From an uncultured Methanosarcinales archaeon (GTDB lineage Archaea; Nanobdellota; Nanobdellia; Woesearchaeales; UBA12501), in NCBI GenBank assembly GCA_964397315.1, contig CAYNHV010000014.1, forward strand, positions 1 to 34,395: DNA of 34,395 nucleotides, read 5' to 3'. The notes beneath the pieces are model-generated. The model did no database searches. It was not told the origin of the DNA and saw only the letters and a program-made list of their open reading frames with translations. The position numbers and the translations under genes were made by a program. How positions within the stretch are numbered: position 1 is the stretch's first letter; each line of letters opens with the position of its first letter. This document shows, piece by piece, positions 1 through 7,258 of this stretch.

Positions 1-190
1 CTTATTGGTGAGAGAAGCGGGGAATTGTGCTGTTTTGGAATGTGTAAACCTGAGGATGGTTCTGCAGAAAGGGTGGGAAGTACCTGGAGCTATCAGCATT
101 AACCCAGCCTCGCAAGGGTGGGAATTACCAGGAGTTATAAGCATAAACCTATTATCCCCCCTGGAAGCACCCTGAATTACTAACATACCC
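1..190. repeat. Dispersed intergenic element, copy 1 (probably truncated by the window edge), with two 34-bp direct repeats at 70-103 and 115-148
   Basis: AGGGTGGGAAGTACCTGGAGCTATCAGCATTAAC and AGGGTGGGAATTACCAGGAGTTATAAGCATAAAC; the whole segment aligns by eye with 22048-22250. Confidence 0.8.
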
Positions 191-237
191 CCACCCCCTT
201 GGGACTGTAAGCGCCTGCCTCATGCATCCTCCTTAAT

Positions 238-252
238 CGCAATATTTATAAA
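238..252 (+). promoter_or_regulatory. Archaeal BRE/TATA promoter
   Basis: CGCAATATTTATAAA upstream of the first gene; same pattern precedes several other genes in the window. Confidence 0.65.
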
Positions 253-300
253 TGAAAATCTATTGAACAGCCAGAAAAGGCCTTAAAAGAGGGGATTCCT

Positions 301-744
301 ATTATAAGGAGCACTAAAGCGCAAACATGGTCTGTTGATATACTCATGGCTGTCTTTGTGTTCATGGTAATAATGATCTTGTTCTTCGGCATAATGTCAA
401 GCATGTCAACCCCTGAGAGGGGCGAGAGGCTCTCCAAGGATGCAGAGCTCATAACAAAGGCCCTCACAGGAGAGGGGGATGACTCAATCGTTAAGGAGAA
501 CAAGCTTGACGAGGAAAAGGTGAGCAGCTTTGTCATGGACTCCTCAAGATACCAGGAGCTTAAGAAAGAGCTCGGCGTAAATGGGGATTTCTGCATATAC
601 TTTGAGGACGGCCAGGGAAACCTGGTTCCCATAAAGGTTACAGAAGTGGACGGAGAGCCCCAATTTATCAACGGCCTCGGAAACGAGACAGCAATGATAA
701 ATGATGTCCCATGCGGGGAGATGTACGAGAAAGAGCAAGAATGA
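301..744 (+). CDS. Small pilin-like protein with class III signal peptide; probable non-canonical ATT/ATA start
   Basis: In-frame upstream of ATG346 the sequence reads IIRSTKAQ-TWSVDILMAVFVFMVIMILFF (KAQ motif plus hydrophobic helix). GAGGGG at 289-294. No in-frame ATG/GTG/TTG between TGA253 and 346. Start position uncertain. Confidence 0.8.
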   Translation: MIRSTKAQTWSVDILMAVFVFMVIMILFFGIMSSMSTPERGERLSKDAELITKALTGEGDDSIVKENKLDEEKVSSFVMDSSRYQELKKELGVNGDFCIYFEDGQGNLVPIKVTEVDGEPQFINGLGNETAMINDVPCGEMYEKEQE

Positions 745-3700
745 GCAGCAAAAGAAAGAGAGCTGGGATGTGGATTGTGGTTTTGGTAGTGATGGCTGTG
801 ATGGTTTCCCTGCCAATAATGGCAGCACCCACGCAAGAAACACCTGTTTATTGGGAGAGTGGGGCATCCACCACTTGTAGTGGACATGAAACTGAGGAAT
901 GCGAAGATCCTACCAGCTGCACAGTAACTGCCCAGGAAGATGGGTGCGCAGTATCCACATCAGGATTGCCTCAATCCTGTGATTACAGGAGTGGTATCAT
1001 AATTTTTCCCTTTCAGGATTGCCGGGATGAGACCTGCACTTTTAGTGATTATGAAACATGTGACGACGGCAATTCGGACACAATTAATGATTGTGATCCT
1101 AACACTGGCTGTTTGTATTACCCTTGCGGGGATGGCCAGTGCAATGTGGGAAATATTAATAGTGAAGATGCCTCTACCTGCCCTGAAGACTGCTGCACAG
1201 ACTCTGACGGAGACGGTTATTACATTGATGGCGGTGATTGCGGGCCTGTTGACTGCGATGATTCTGATCCTGATGTTCACCCCGGAGCTTCGGAAGCTTG
1301 CGATGACAGCATTGACAATGACTGCGACGGCATGACTGACTGTGATGATTCTGAGTGCTCTGACCATCCTGCGTGCGAGTGCACCTTTGATAATGCCTAC
1401 TGGTCTCATGAGGAGACAACAGCAGGTGTGAGGGTTAAGATGACAGTTGAGGGAACAAACTGCGATGGCAAGGAAATCATGTTCAACATATATGAGGATG
1501 ACTTAATAAATGACGAGGACACAAGCGACGAGTTTGTTGTTAAGCCAAAGGCAGTGTTTGACAGCGGAAAGGCAGAGGCGGGCTGGTATGCGATATACAC
1601 CCCTGACGGGCCTGGAGGCCTGTTTGACCCTCCTGAGTACTACTTCAATGCGCAGCTCTCAGAGGATTCTGCAGTCTCAATAAGATCGCAGGGCCCGGGA
1701 AGCAACGGGCTGCTGAAAGTTTGGCCCAACCAGAGGCCCTATAATGAGACACCCTTCCTCATAAAGCCGAACGGAGGGGAGGTCTACAATGAAAGCGCGC
1801 TTGTGACATGGAATCCTGCAATAGACCCTGAGAATGACACGATAATATACTCGCTTTATTACTCCAACACCTCAGGAAACACGTGGCACGGGCCCATAGT
1901 GCAGGATTACGGATTCATAAACACAATAGAAGGGGAGGAGAACCTTCTCTTTGATTTTGATAATGTGAATGTGGACTCTAATGTTGTGTGCTGGGGAAAT
2001 AATGATCGGGGTCAGGCTGAGGATTATAATGGGGGGGATGCTGTTGATGTGAGCGCAGGATGGTGTCATACCTGCGCTGTTCTTGAGGATGGTGATGTTG
2101 AGTGCTGGGGTTGTGACGGCCCATCTGCGGGTTATGATGGCGGTGATGCTGTTGATGTAAGCTCAGCAGCCCCGGCTGTAAGTATTGAAGGAGGTTTCTC
2201 CTGCGCTCTTCTTGAAGGTGGTGATATTGCTTGCTGGGGAGATAATAATTATGGCCAGTCTGAGGATTATAATGGGGGGGATGCTGTTGATGTGAGCGCA
2301 GGATGGTGGCATGCTTGCGCTGTTCTTGAGGATGGCAATGTTATATGCTGGGGGTCTAACCTTCATGGGAGGTCTAATGGCTATCAAGAGGGTGATGCAA
2401 TAAAGGTGGGTGCAGGAGCTTATCACACCTGCGCTGTTCTTGAGGATGGTGATGTTGCTTGCTGGGGTTCGGATTATGAGGGCCAGTCTGCTGGTTATGA
2501 TGGCGGTGATGCTGTTGATGTGAGCTCTGGAAGATATCACTCCTGCGCTGTTCTTGAGGATGGTGATGTTGCTTGCTGGGGAGGTAATAGGATGGGCCAG
2601 TCTGAGGATTATTATGGTGGTGATGCTGTTGATGTGAGCGCAGGAAACAATCACTCCTGCGCTGTTCTTGAGGATGGTGATGTTGCTTGCTGGGGAGATA
2701 ACAGGGTGGGCCAGTCTGAGGATTATTATGGTGGTGATGCTGTTGATGTGAGCGCAGGAGCCTTTCATACATGTTCTGTAATAAGAGAAAAAGAGTGTTC
2801 CGAGACTGAAAAGTGCCCCGAGGATCCTAGTGAGGAGATATGCGATTTCTTTGACAATAACCGCAACGGCATCATAGATGATATTGAAACAACTCCAACA
2901 AGAGGAAGGGCTCTTGGTGGGCCTCAGTCAGAGGATGCTGACGCTGTGGAGACTGATGAGGGCTTTGGTGTTGTATGGAAGCAGTGGAACAGAACAACCC
3001 TGAAGTGGGATGTTTTCTTTGTTGAGACTGACAAGCACGGAATGCCCCTCATAGATTCTGTTATGGTTTCAGACCCATCCTCAGGCTCAAAGCCTGTCAT
3101 GCCTTCTGTTGCGTGGGACTCAGCTAATGATGTTTTTGCTGTTGCCTGGGACAGCAGGTCTGATGAGGAGGTTTACATTTCCATTGTTGACGGCAGCGAC
3201 TACTCCGCCACCGAGCCGGTGATGGTCAGCGAGGATGATGGTAAAAAGTCCATACTTCCTGAGGTTGAATGGTCAGGCAGCTCATTCGGGGTTGCATGGC
3301 TGGATGCATCAAAAGGAGCTGCTTACACAACCAACCTCTTCTTCAGGGAAGTAAGCGCTGATGTAAGTATGCAGCCCATTAAACAAATCACTGCAGGAGA
3401 TGACGCAAGAGGGTTCCCTGAGATTGAGTGGAATAACGACAATGGAAAATATGCTGTTGCGTGGGAGAGGGACGATTACGGCTCTTACGGCATCATGGTT
3501 ACACTATTTGATGCTGACGGCAGCAATACTGTGAGCAAGGATATATTCTATGAGTATGGAACCCAGGCCATGGAGCCTTCCATAACCTGGAATTCAGAGC
3601 GTAACGAATATGCTCTTGTCTGGAGGGATGACAGGGATGATAGCTATGACCTTTACTTCACCAGGCTCGCTCCGGACGGAGAAAAGCTGCTGCCGGAGGT

Positions 3701-4448
3701 GGCGCTCACAGATGACAATTCCGCCCAGCAGTTCCCATCCATTACATGGAGCAGCGAGGCTGGAGAGTACGGCATTGCATGGATGCAGGATTACGGCTAT
3801 TTCACAAGGGTTGTGCCTGAAAGAGAATCAATCCTTCCTGGAAAAAGGTATCAGGAATTTGCTGACATGAAAGTAACAAAGCCAACATCATGGCGTCCAA
3901 AGCTGTTCCACACAGGAGCAGCTTACAGGATGGTATACTCTGATGACAGGGCAAGGTTTATAAGGCTCAATGACTGCGGAAAGCGCCTGAACATGACAAC
4001 AAAATACCTTGATATTCCGAAAGTGGCTAACGTGTACAAGGCAGGCATGGCATTCACAGGGGAGAACGTGTTCAATCTTGCAGTATATGCAGGCAATGAC
4101 ACAACAGCCTCTTACACAAACTCAGGCACTTTCTCTGATGTTGCTGACTTCAGGAAGCAGGTCAATGAGAGCGTTAAGAGCTGCGATGAGGATATTGGAG
4201 GAACCTGCAAAGTGCCCATAAACATAGCTGCTGATAACGGCGAGGTGACAGTGAGCAGCATTGATGTGGGCTTCACAAATTACCTCTGGAACACCTGGCT
4301 CATGCCAGAGGGCTTCAACTACAGGATTAAGCTTATTGCAGAGGAGCTGCCTGTGTGCGGCAACGGCAAGATGGAGGCTGACGAGGAGTGCGACGACGGC
4401 AATGTTGCCGACGGAGACGGCTGCTCAGGAGATTGTACTATTGAATAA
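741..4448 (+). CDS. Large exported modular surface protein: Cys-rich/MopE-like repeats, split Ig-like domain, 7 RCC1/BLIP-II-like repeats, second propeller-like region, C-terminal Myxococcus Cys-rich (DUF4215-like) repeat
   Basis: ATG741 overlaps the previous stop (ATGA); signal peptide MSSKRKRAGMWIVVLVVMAVMV; motifs DCDDSDPDVHPGASEACDDSIDNDCDG, VSAGxxHxCAVLEDGDVxCWG, and CGNGKMEADEECDDGNVADGDGCSGDC. Confidence 0.9.
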   Translation: MSSKRKRAGMWIVVLVVMAVMVSLPIMAAPTQETPVYWESGASTTCSGHETEECEDPTSCTVTAQEDGCAVSTSGLPQSCDYRSGIIIFPFQDCRDETCTFSDYETCDDGNSDTINDCDPNTGCLYYPCGDGQCNVGNINSEDASTCPEDCCTDSDGDGYYIDGGDCGPVDCDDSDPDVHPGASEACDDSIDNDCDGMTDCDDSECSDHPACECTFDNAYWSHEETTAGVRVKMTVEGTNCDGKEIMFNIYEDDLINDEDTSDEFVVKPKAVFDSGKAEAGWYAIYTPDGPGGLFDPPEYYFNAQLSEDSAVSIRSQGPGSNGLLKVWPNQRPYNETPFLIKPNGGEVYNESALVTWNPAIDPENDTIIYSLYYSNTSGNTWHGPIVQDYGFINTIEGEENLLFDFDNVNVDSNVVCWGNNDRGQAEDYNGGDAVDVSAGWCHTCAVLEDGDVECWGCDGPSAGYDGGDAVDVSSAAPAVSIEGGFSCALLEGGDIACWGDNNYGQSEDYNGGDAVDVSAGWWHACAVLEDGNVICWGSNLHGRSNGYQEGDAIKVGAGAYHTCAVLEDGDVACWGSDYEGQSAGYDGGDAVDVSSGRYHSCAVLEDGDVACWGGNRMGQSEDYYGGDAVDVSAGNNHSCAVLEDGDVACWGDNRVGQSEDYYGGDAVDVSAGAFHTCSVIREKECSETEKCPEDPSEEICDFFDNNRNGIIDDIETTPTRGRALGGPQSEDADAVETDEGFGVVWKQWNRTTLKWDVFFVETDKHGMPLIDSVMVSDPSSGSKPVMPSVAWDSANDVFAVAWDSRSDEEVYISIVDGSDYSATEPVMVSEDDGKKSILPEVEWSGSSFGVAWLDASKGAAYTTNLFFREVSADVSMQPIKQITAGDDARGFPEIEWNNDNGKYAVAWERDDYGSYGIMVTLFDADGSNTVSKDIFYEYGTQAMEPSITWNSERNEYALVWRDDRDDSYDLYFTRLAPDGEKLLPEVALTDDNSAQQFPSITWSSEAGEYGIAWMQDYGYFTRVVPERESILPGKRYQEFADMKVTKPTSWRPKLFHTGAAYRMVYSDDRARFIRLNDCGKRLNMTTKYLDIPKVANVYKAGMAFTGENVFNLAVYAGNDTTASYTNSGTFSDVADFRKQVNESVKSCDEDIGGTCKVPINIAADNGEVTVSSIDVGFTNYLWNTWLMPEGFNYRIKLIAEELPVCGNGKMEADEECDDGNVADGDGCSGDCTIE
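1980..2780 (+). repeat. Intragenic tandem repeat, ~114-bp (38-aa) unit, 7 copies (RCC1-like propeller blades)
   Basis: CTGCGCTGTTCTTGAGGATGGTGATGTTGCTTGCTGGGG recurs at 2429, 2543 and 2657 (period 114), with more diverged copies upstream. Confidence 0.9.
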
Positions 4449-4467
4449 AATGATGCTTGACTTGAAA

Positions 4468-7185
4468 ATGCCCAAGAAACACAAAGCAGGACTGTGGATT
4501 GTGGTTTTGGTAGCTCTGGCTGTGATGGGTGGGAGTGTTAATGGTGCTTGTGACATAAGTGGAGATCAAGACTTGGCGGCCATTTATGGTGATAAGATTG
4601 TTTGGGAGGATGACAGGAATGGCAATTCGGATATTTTTATGTATGATTTAAGTTCTGGGACAGAGACCCAGATAACTTCAGATGGATCAGGCCAGTATAA
4701 CCCAGCTATTTATGGTGATAAGATTGTTTGGGAGGATGACAGGAATGGCAATTCGGATATTTTTATGTATGATTTAAGTTCTGGGACAGAGACCCAGATA
4801 ACTTCAGATGNNNNNNNNNNNNNNNNNNNNNNNNNNNNNNNNNNNNNNNNNNNNNNNNNNNNNNNNNNNNNNNNNNNNNNNNNNNNNNNNNNNNNNNNNN
4901 NNNNNNNNNNCAATTATGATATTTTTATGTATGATTTAAGTTCTGGGACAGAGACCCAGATAACTTCAGATGAAGGGCATCAGTACGACTCGGCCATTTA
5001 TGGTGATAAGATTGTTTGGCATGATGCTGGCAATATTTTTATGTATGATTTAAGTTCTGGGACAGAGACCCAGATAACCTCAAACACAGCAAGGCAGCAT
5101 AGGCCTGCAATTTACGGTGATAAGATAGTCTGGGAAGACTTTAGACATGATTCAAATGGATTTTGTAATACTCCTGAAACTACAGATACAGATTGTAACT
5201 CTGATATTTTTATGTATGATTTAAGTTCTGGGACAGAGACCCAGATAACCTCAAACACAGCAAGACAGAGCAGGCCGGAGATTTATGGTGATAAGATTGT
5301 TTGGGATGATAACAGGAATGGCAATTATGATATTTTTATGTATGATTTAAGTTCTGGGACAGAGACCCAGATAACTTCAGATGGATCAGGCCAGTATAAC
5401 CCAGCTATTTATGGTGATAAGATTGTTTGGGATGATAACAGGAATGGCAATTATGATATTTATATGTATGATTTAAGCACCGGCGAGGAATGGCAGGTTG
5501 GCTGTTGTGATGCAGATGGTGATGGCTATTTGAGGAGTGATTATTGCGGAGGGGTTGACTGCGATGATGACATAACAGATGATCCCTCGGGCTGTCCCAC
5601 AGACCCGGCAAACTGCGACTCAACAACATCTGAATGCGCCATATGCATAAACCCCTCAGCTACAGAATCCTGCGACGGCATTGACAACGACTGCGACGGC
5701 CAGGTTGATGAGGGGTTTGATCAGGATGGTGATGGCTTCACCACTTGTGAGGGTGACTGTGATGACACAGCTACTAATGTAAATCCTGGAGTTGCAGAGG
5801 TATGCGGCAATGGGATTGATGATGATTGTGATGGTGAAACAGATGAGACCTGTGAGGAGGAAAGCAGCGGAGGAGGAGATGCCGCGTTCCTTGTAAGATT
5901 TAACCTGCAACTCAGTGAAGGCGCTGACTCGGAGATTGCATTGTACGGCTGGTCATTCGGTGACGGAGCAACCTACACAACAGAGGATTTCTCAGAGGCA
6001 GACGGAAAGCTTCACGCTTACACAATGCCCGGAGAGCATGATTACAGCCTGACTGTGGTGGACAATGAAGGAGGATACCAGAGAATGGAGGACACAATAA
6101 CCATAGAACCCTTCTCACACGGCCACGCCTGCGCTTATGACGAGCAGTGCAGCAGCGGATACTGCAGCAGTGCCGGAGCTTGCGTTGCTCCTCCTGAATG
6201 CGGAAATGATAAAGTTGATGATGGGGAGGAGTGTGATGATGGCAACACGCAAAGCGGGGACGGCTGCTCTGCTGACTGCACTTTAGAAGCTGCTGAATGC
6301 GGAAACGGCATTATTGAGGATGGAGAGGAATGTGATGATGACAACAATGAGAATTATGACGGCTGCGATTCAGAATGCATGGGGGAGAGCATAGCTTTCA
6401 TAACCTCCCAAACATACTCAGGAGACCTTGGAGGGCTTTCAGGAGCTGACAAGAAATGCCAGGGCCTTGCAGACAATGCAGGCCTTCACGGAACATACAA
6501 GGCATGGCTCTCTGACAGCAGCACTGCTGTAAAGGACAGGTTCTCGCATTCAAGCAGGCCTTACTACCGCGTTGATGGAGAGAAGATAGCTGATAACTGG
6601 GAGGATCTGACCACTTGTGATGATCCTTATAATTGCATTGATGCTCCAATTCAGATAGATGAGAATGGAGATAATGTGTATATAGAAGAGGTTTTCACTT
6701 ACACAAAATCAGATGGCTCAATAAATGATGAAACCCATGTTGGAGAGTGTGATGGCTGGACTTATGGGGCAAACCAGCCACCAGAGGACAGGCTGGAGAC
6801 ATATGGGGCAAACTCACATTCGACAGGTGAAAAATGGACTAGGTATGCAGACAATCACCGCTGCGACTGGTATGCAAGGCTCTACTGCTTCTCACAGGTT
6901 GAAGGAAGCGCGTCTGCCCCAACACAGGAGTGCGGAGACGGCGTTGTTGATGAGGGTGAGGAGTGTGATGACGGCAACGCGCAAAGCGGGGATGGGTGCG
7001 ACAGCAATTGCAATGTTGAGTCTGACTGTGAGGCTGTCTCTGCCGGCGACGGGAAGTCGTGCGAGGATGCCTGTGACGAGACAGGAAAAGAGTGCTCCCA
7101 GGTCTGCCAGGACGGCTCCTGCAGTACTGACACTTATGCCTGCGGCTTCCTTGACGAGGGAGACAAGGAGTGCATATGCTGTTAG
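4468..7185 (+). CDS. Exported modular surface protein: Methanosarcina-type beta-propeller repeats, MopE-like repeats, PKD domain, three DUF4215-like repeats, DUF1554 (endostatin/lectin-like) domain; spans an assembly gap
   Basis: Start ATG4468 (or 4450/4453); signal peptide MPKKHKAGLWIVVLVALAV; repeats PAIYGDKIVWxDxRNGNxDIFMYDL; PKD motif WSFGDG...HAYTMPG...LTVVDNEG; AFITSQTYSGDLGGLSGADKKCQ...YKAWLSDS. Continuity across the gap is assumed. Confidence 0.85.
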   Translation: MPKKHKAGLWIVVLVALAVMGGSVNGACDISGDQDLAAIYGDKIVWEDDRNGNSDIFMYDLSSGTETQITSDGSGQYNPAIYGDKIVWEDDRNGNSDIFMYDLSSGTETQITSDXXXXXXXXXXXXXXXXXXXXXXXXXXXXXXXXXXNYDIFMYDLSSGTETQITSDEGHQYDSAIYGDKIVWHDAGNIFMYDLSSGTETQITSNTARQHRPAIYGDKIVWEDFRHDSNGFCNTPETTDTDCNSDIFMYDLSSGTETQITSNTARQSRPEIYGDKIVWDDNRNGNYDIFMYDLSSGTETQITSDGSGQYNPAIYGDKIVWDDNRNGNYDIYMYDLSTGEEWQVGCCDADGDGYLRSDYCGGVDCDDDITDDPSGCPTDPANCDSTTSECAICINPSATESCDGIDNDCDGQVDEGFDQDGDGFTTCEGDCDDTATNVNPGVAEVCGNGIDDDCDGETDETCEEESSGGGDAAFLVRFNLQLSEGADSEIALYGWSFGDGATYTTEDFSEADGKLHAYTMPGEHDYSLTVVDNEGGYQRMEDTITIEPFSHGHACAYDEQCSSGYCSSAGACVAPPECGNDKVDDGEECDDGNTQSGDGCSADCTLEAAECGNGIIEDGEECDDDNNENYDGCDSECMGESIAFITSQTYSGDLGGLSGADKKCQGLADNAGLHGTYKAWLSDSSTAVKDRFSHSSRPYYRVDGEKIADNWEDLTTCDDPYNCIDAPIQIDENGDNVYIEEVFTYTKSDGSINDETHVGECDGWTYGANQPPEDRLETYGANSHSTGEKWTRYADNHRCDWYARLYCFSQVEGSASAPTQECGDGVVDEGEECDDGNAQSGDGCDSNCNVESDCEAVSAGDGKSCEDACDETGKECSQVCQDGSCSTDTYACGFLDEGDKECICC
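4575..5490 (+). repeat. Intragenic tandem repeat, 126-bp (42-aa) unit, at least 7 propeller blades
   Basis: The 44-nt block ATTTTTATGTATGATTTAAGTTCTGGGACAGAGACCCAGATAAC is identical at 4633, 4759, 4921, 5035, 5206 and 5332. Confidence 0.92.
4811..4910. other. Assembly gap (100 N) inside the tandem repeat
   Basis: Run of exactly 100 n. Confidence 0.99.
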
Positions 7186-7220
7186 GGATGTCATGTTTTA
7201 AATGGGAGATATTCCCTTCC

Positions 7221-7235
7221 AAAACCTTTTTATTC
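7221..7235 (+). promoter_or_regulatory. Putative BRE/TATA promoter, likely leaderless transcript
   Basis: AAAACCTTTTTATTC about 25 nt upstream of ATG7259. Confidence 0.5.
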
Positions 7236-7258
7236 TGCTCTCTTTTATTGCCCGGCTG

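Noticed and set aside
70..148. Mini-CRISPR reading of the 34-bp repeats (also 22118-22199)
   Set aside because: Spacers are only 11-14 nt, repeats are degenerate, and there are only two units per site.
253..255. TGA recoding to explain the missing start of the first gene
   Set aside because: TGA serves as a normal stop at many genes here (744, 16258, 19594, 21765, 25231), and readthrough would run into the TATA box.
246..887. 213-aa minus-strand ORF
   Set aside because: Antisense shadow of two well-supported + genes; Ser/His-rich with no recognisable motif.
2163..2772. Repetitive minus-strand ORFs (201 and 132 aa)
   Set aside because: Mirror of the RCC1-like tandem repeat.
4261..4449. N-terminal extension of the ORF-track call (likewise 711, 10568, 25031, 25096, 26018)
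   Set aside because: These extensions overlap upstream genes or promoters; downstream starts fit RBS or ATGA coupling and place the signal peptide at the N-terminus.
4575..5490. CRISPR-like array of identical 44-nt blocks
   Set aside because: The intervening segments are homologous to each other, periods are multiples of 3, the region is inside an ORF, and there are no cas genes.
6390..6900. Diversity-generating retroelement target (lectin-like fold)
   Set aside because: No reverse transcriptase and no template/variable repeat pair differing only at adenines was seen in the window; a trans-acting DGR cannot be excluded.
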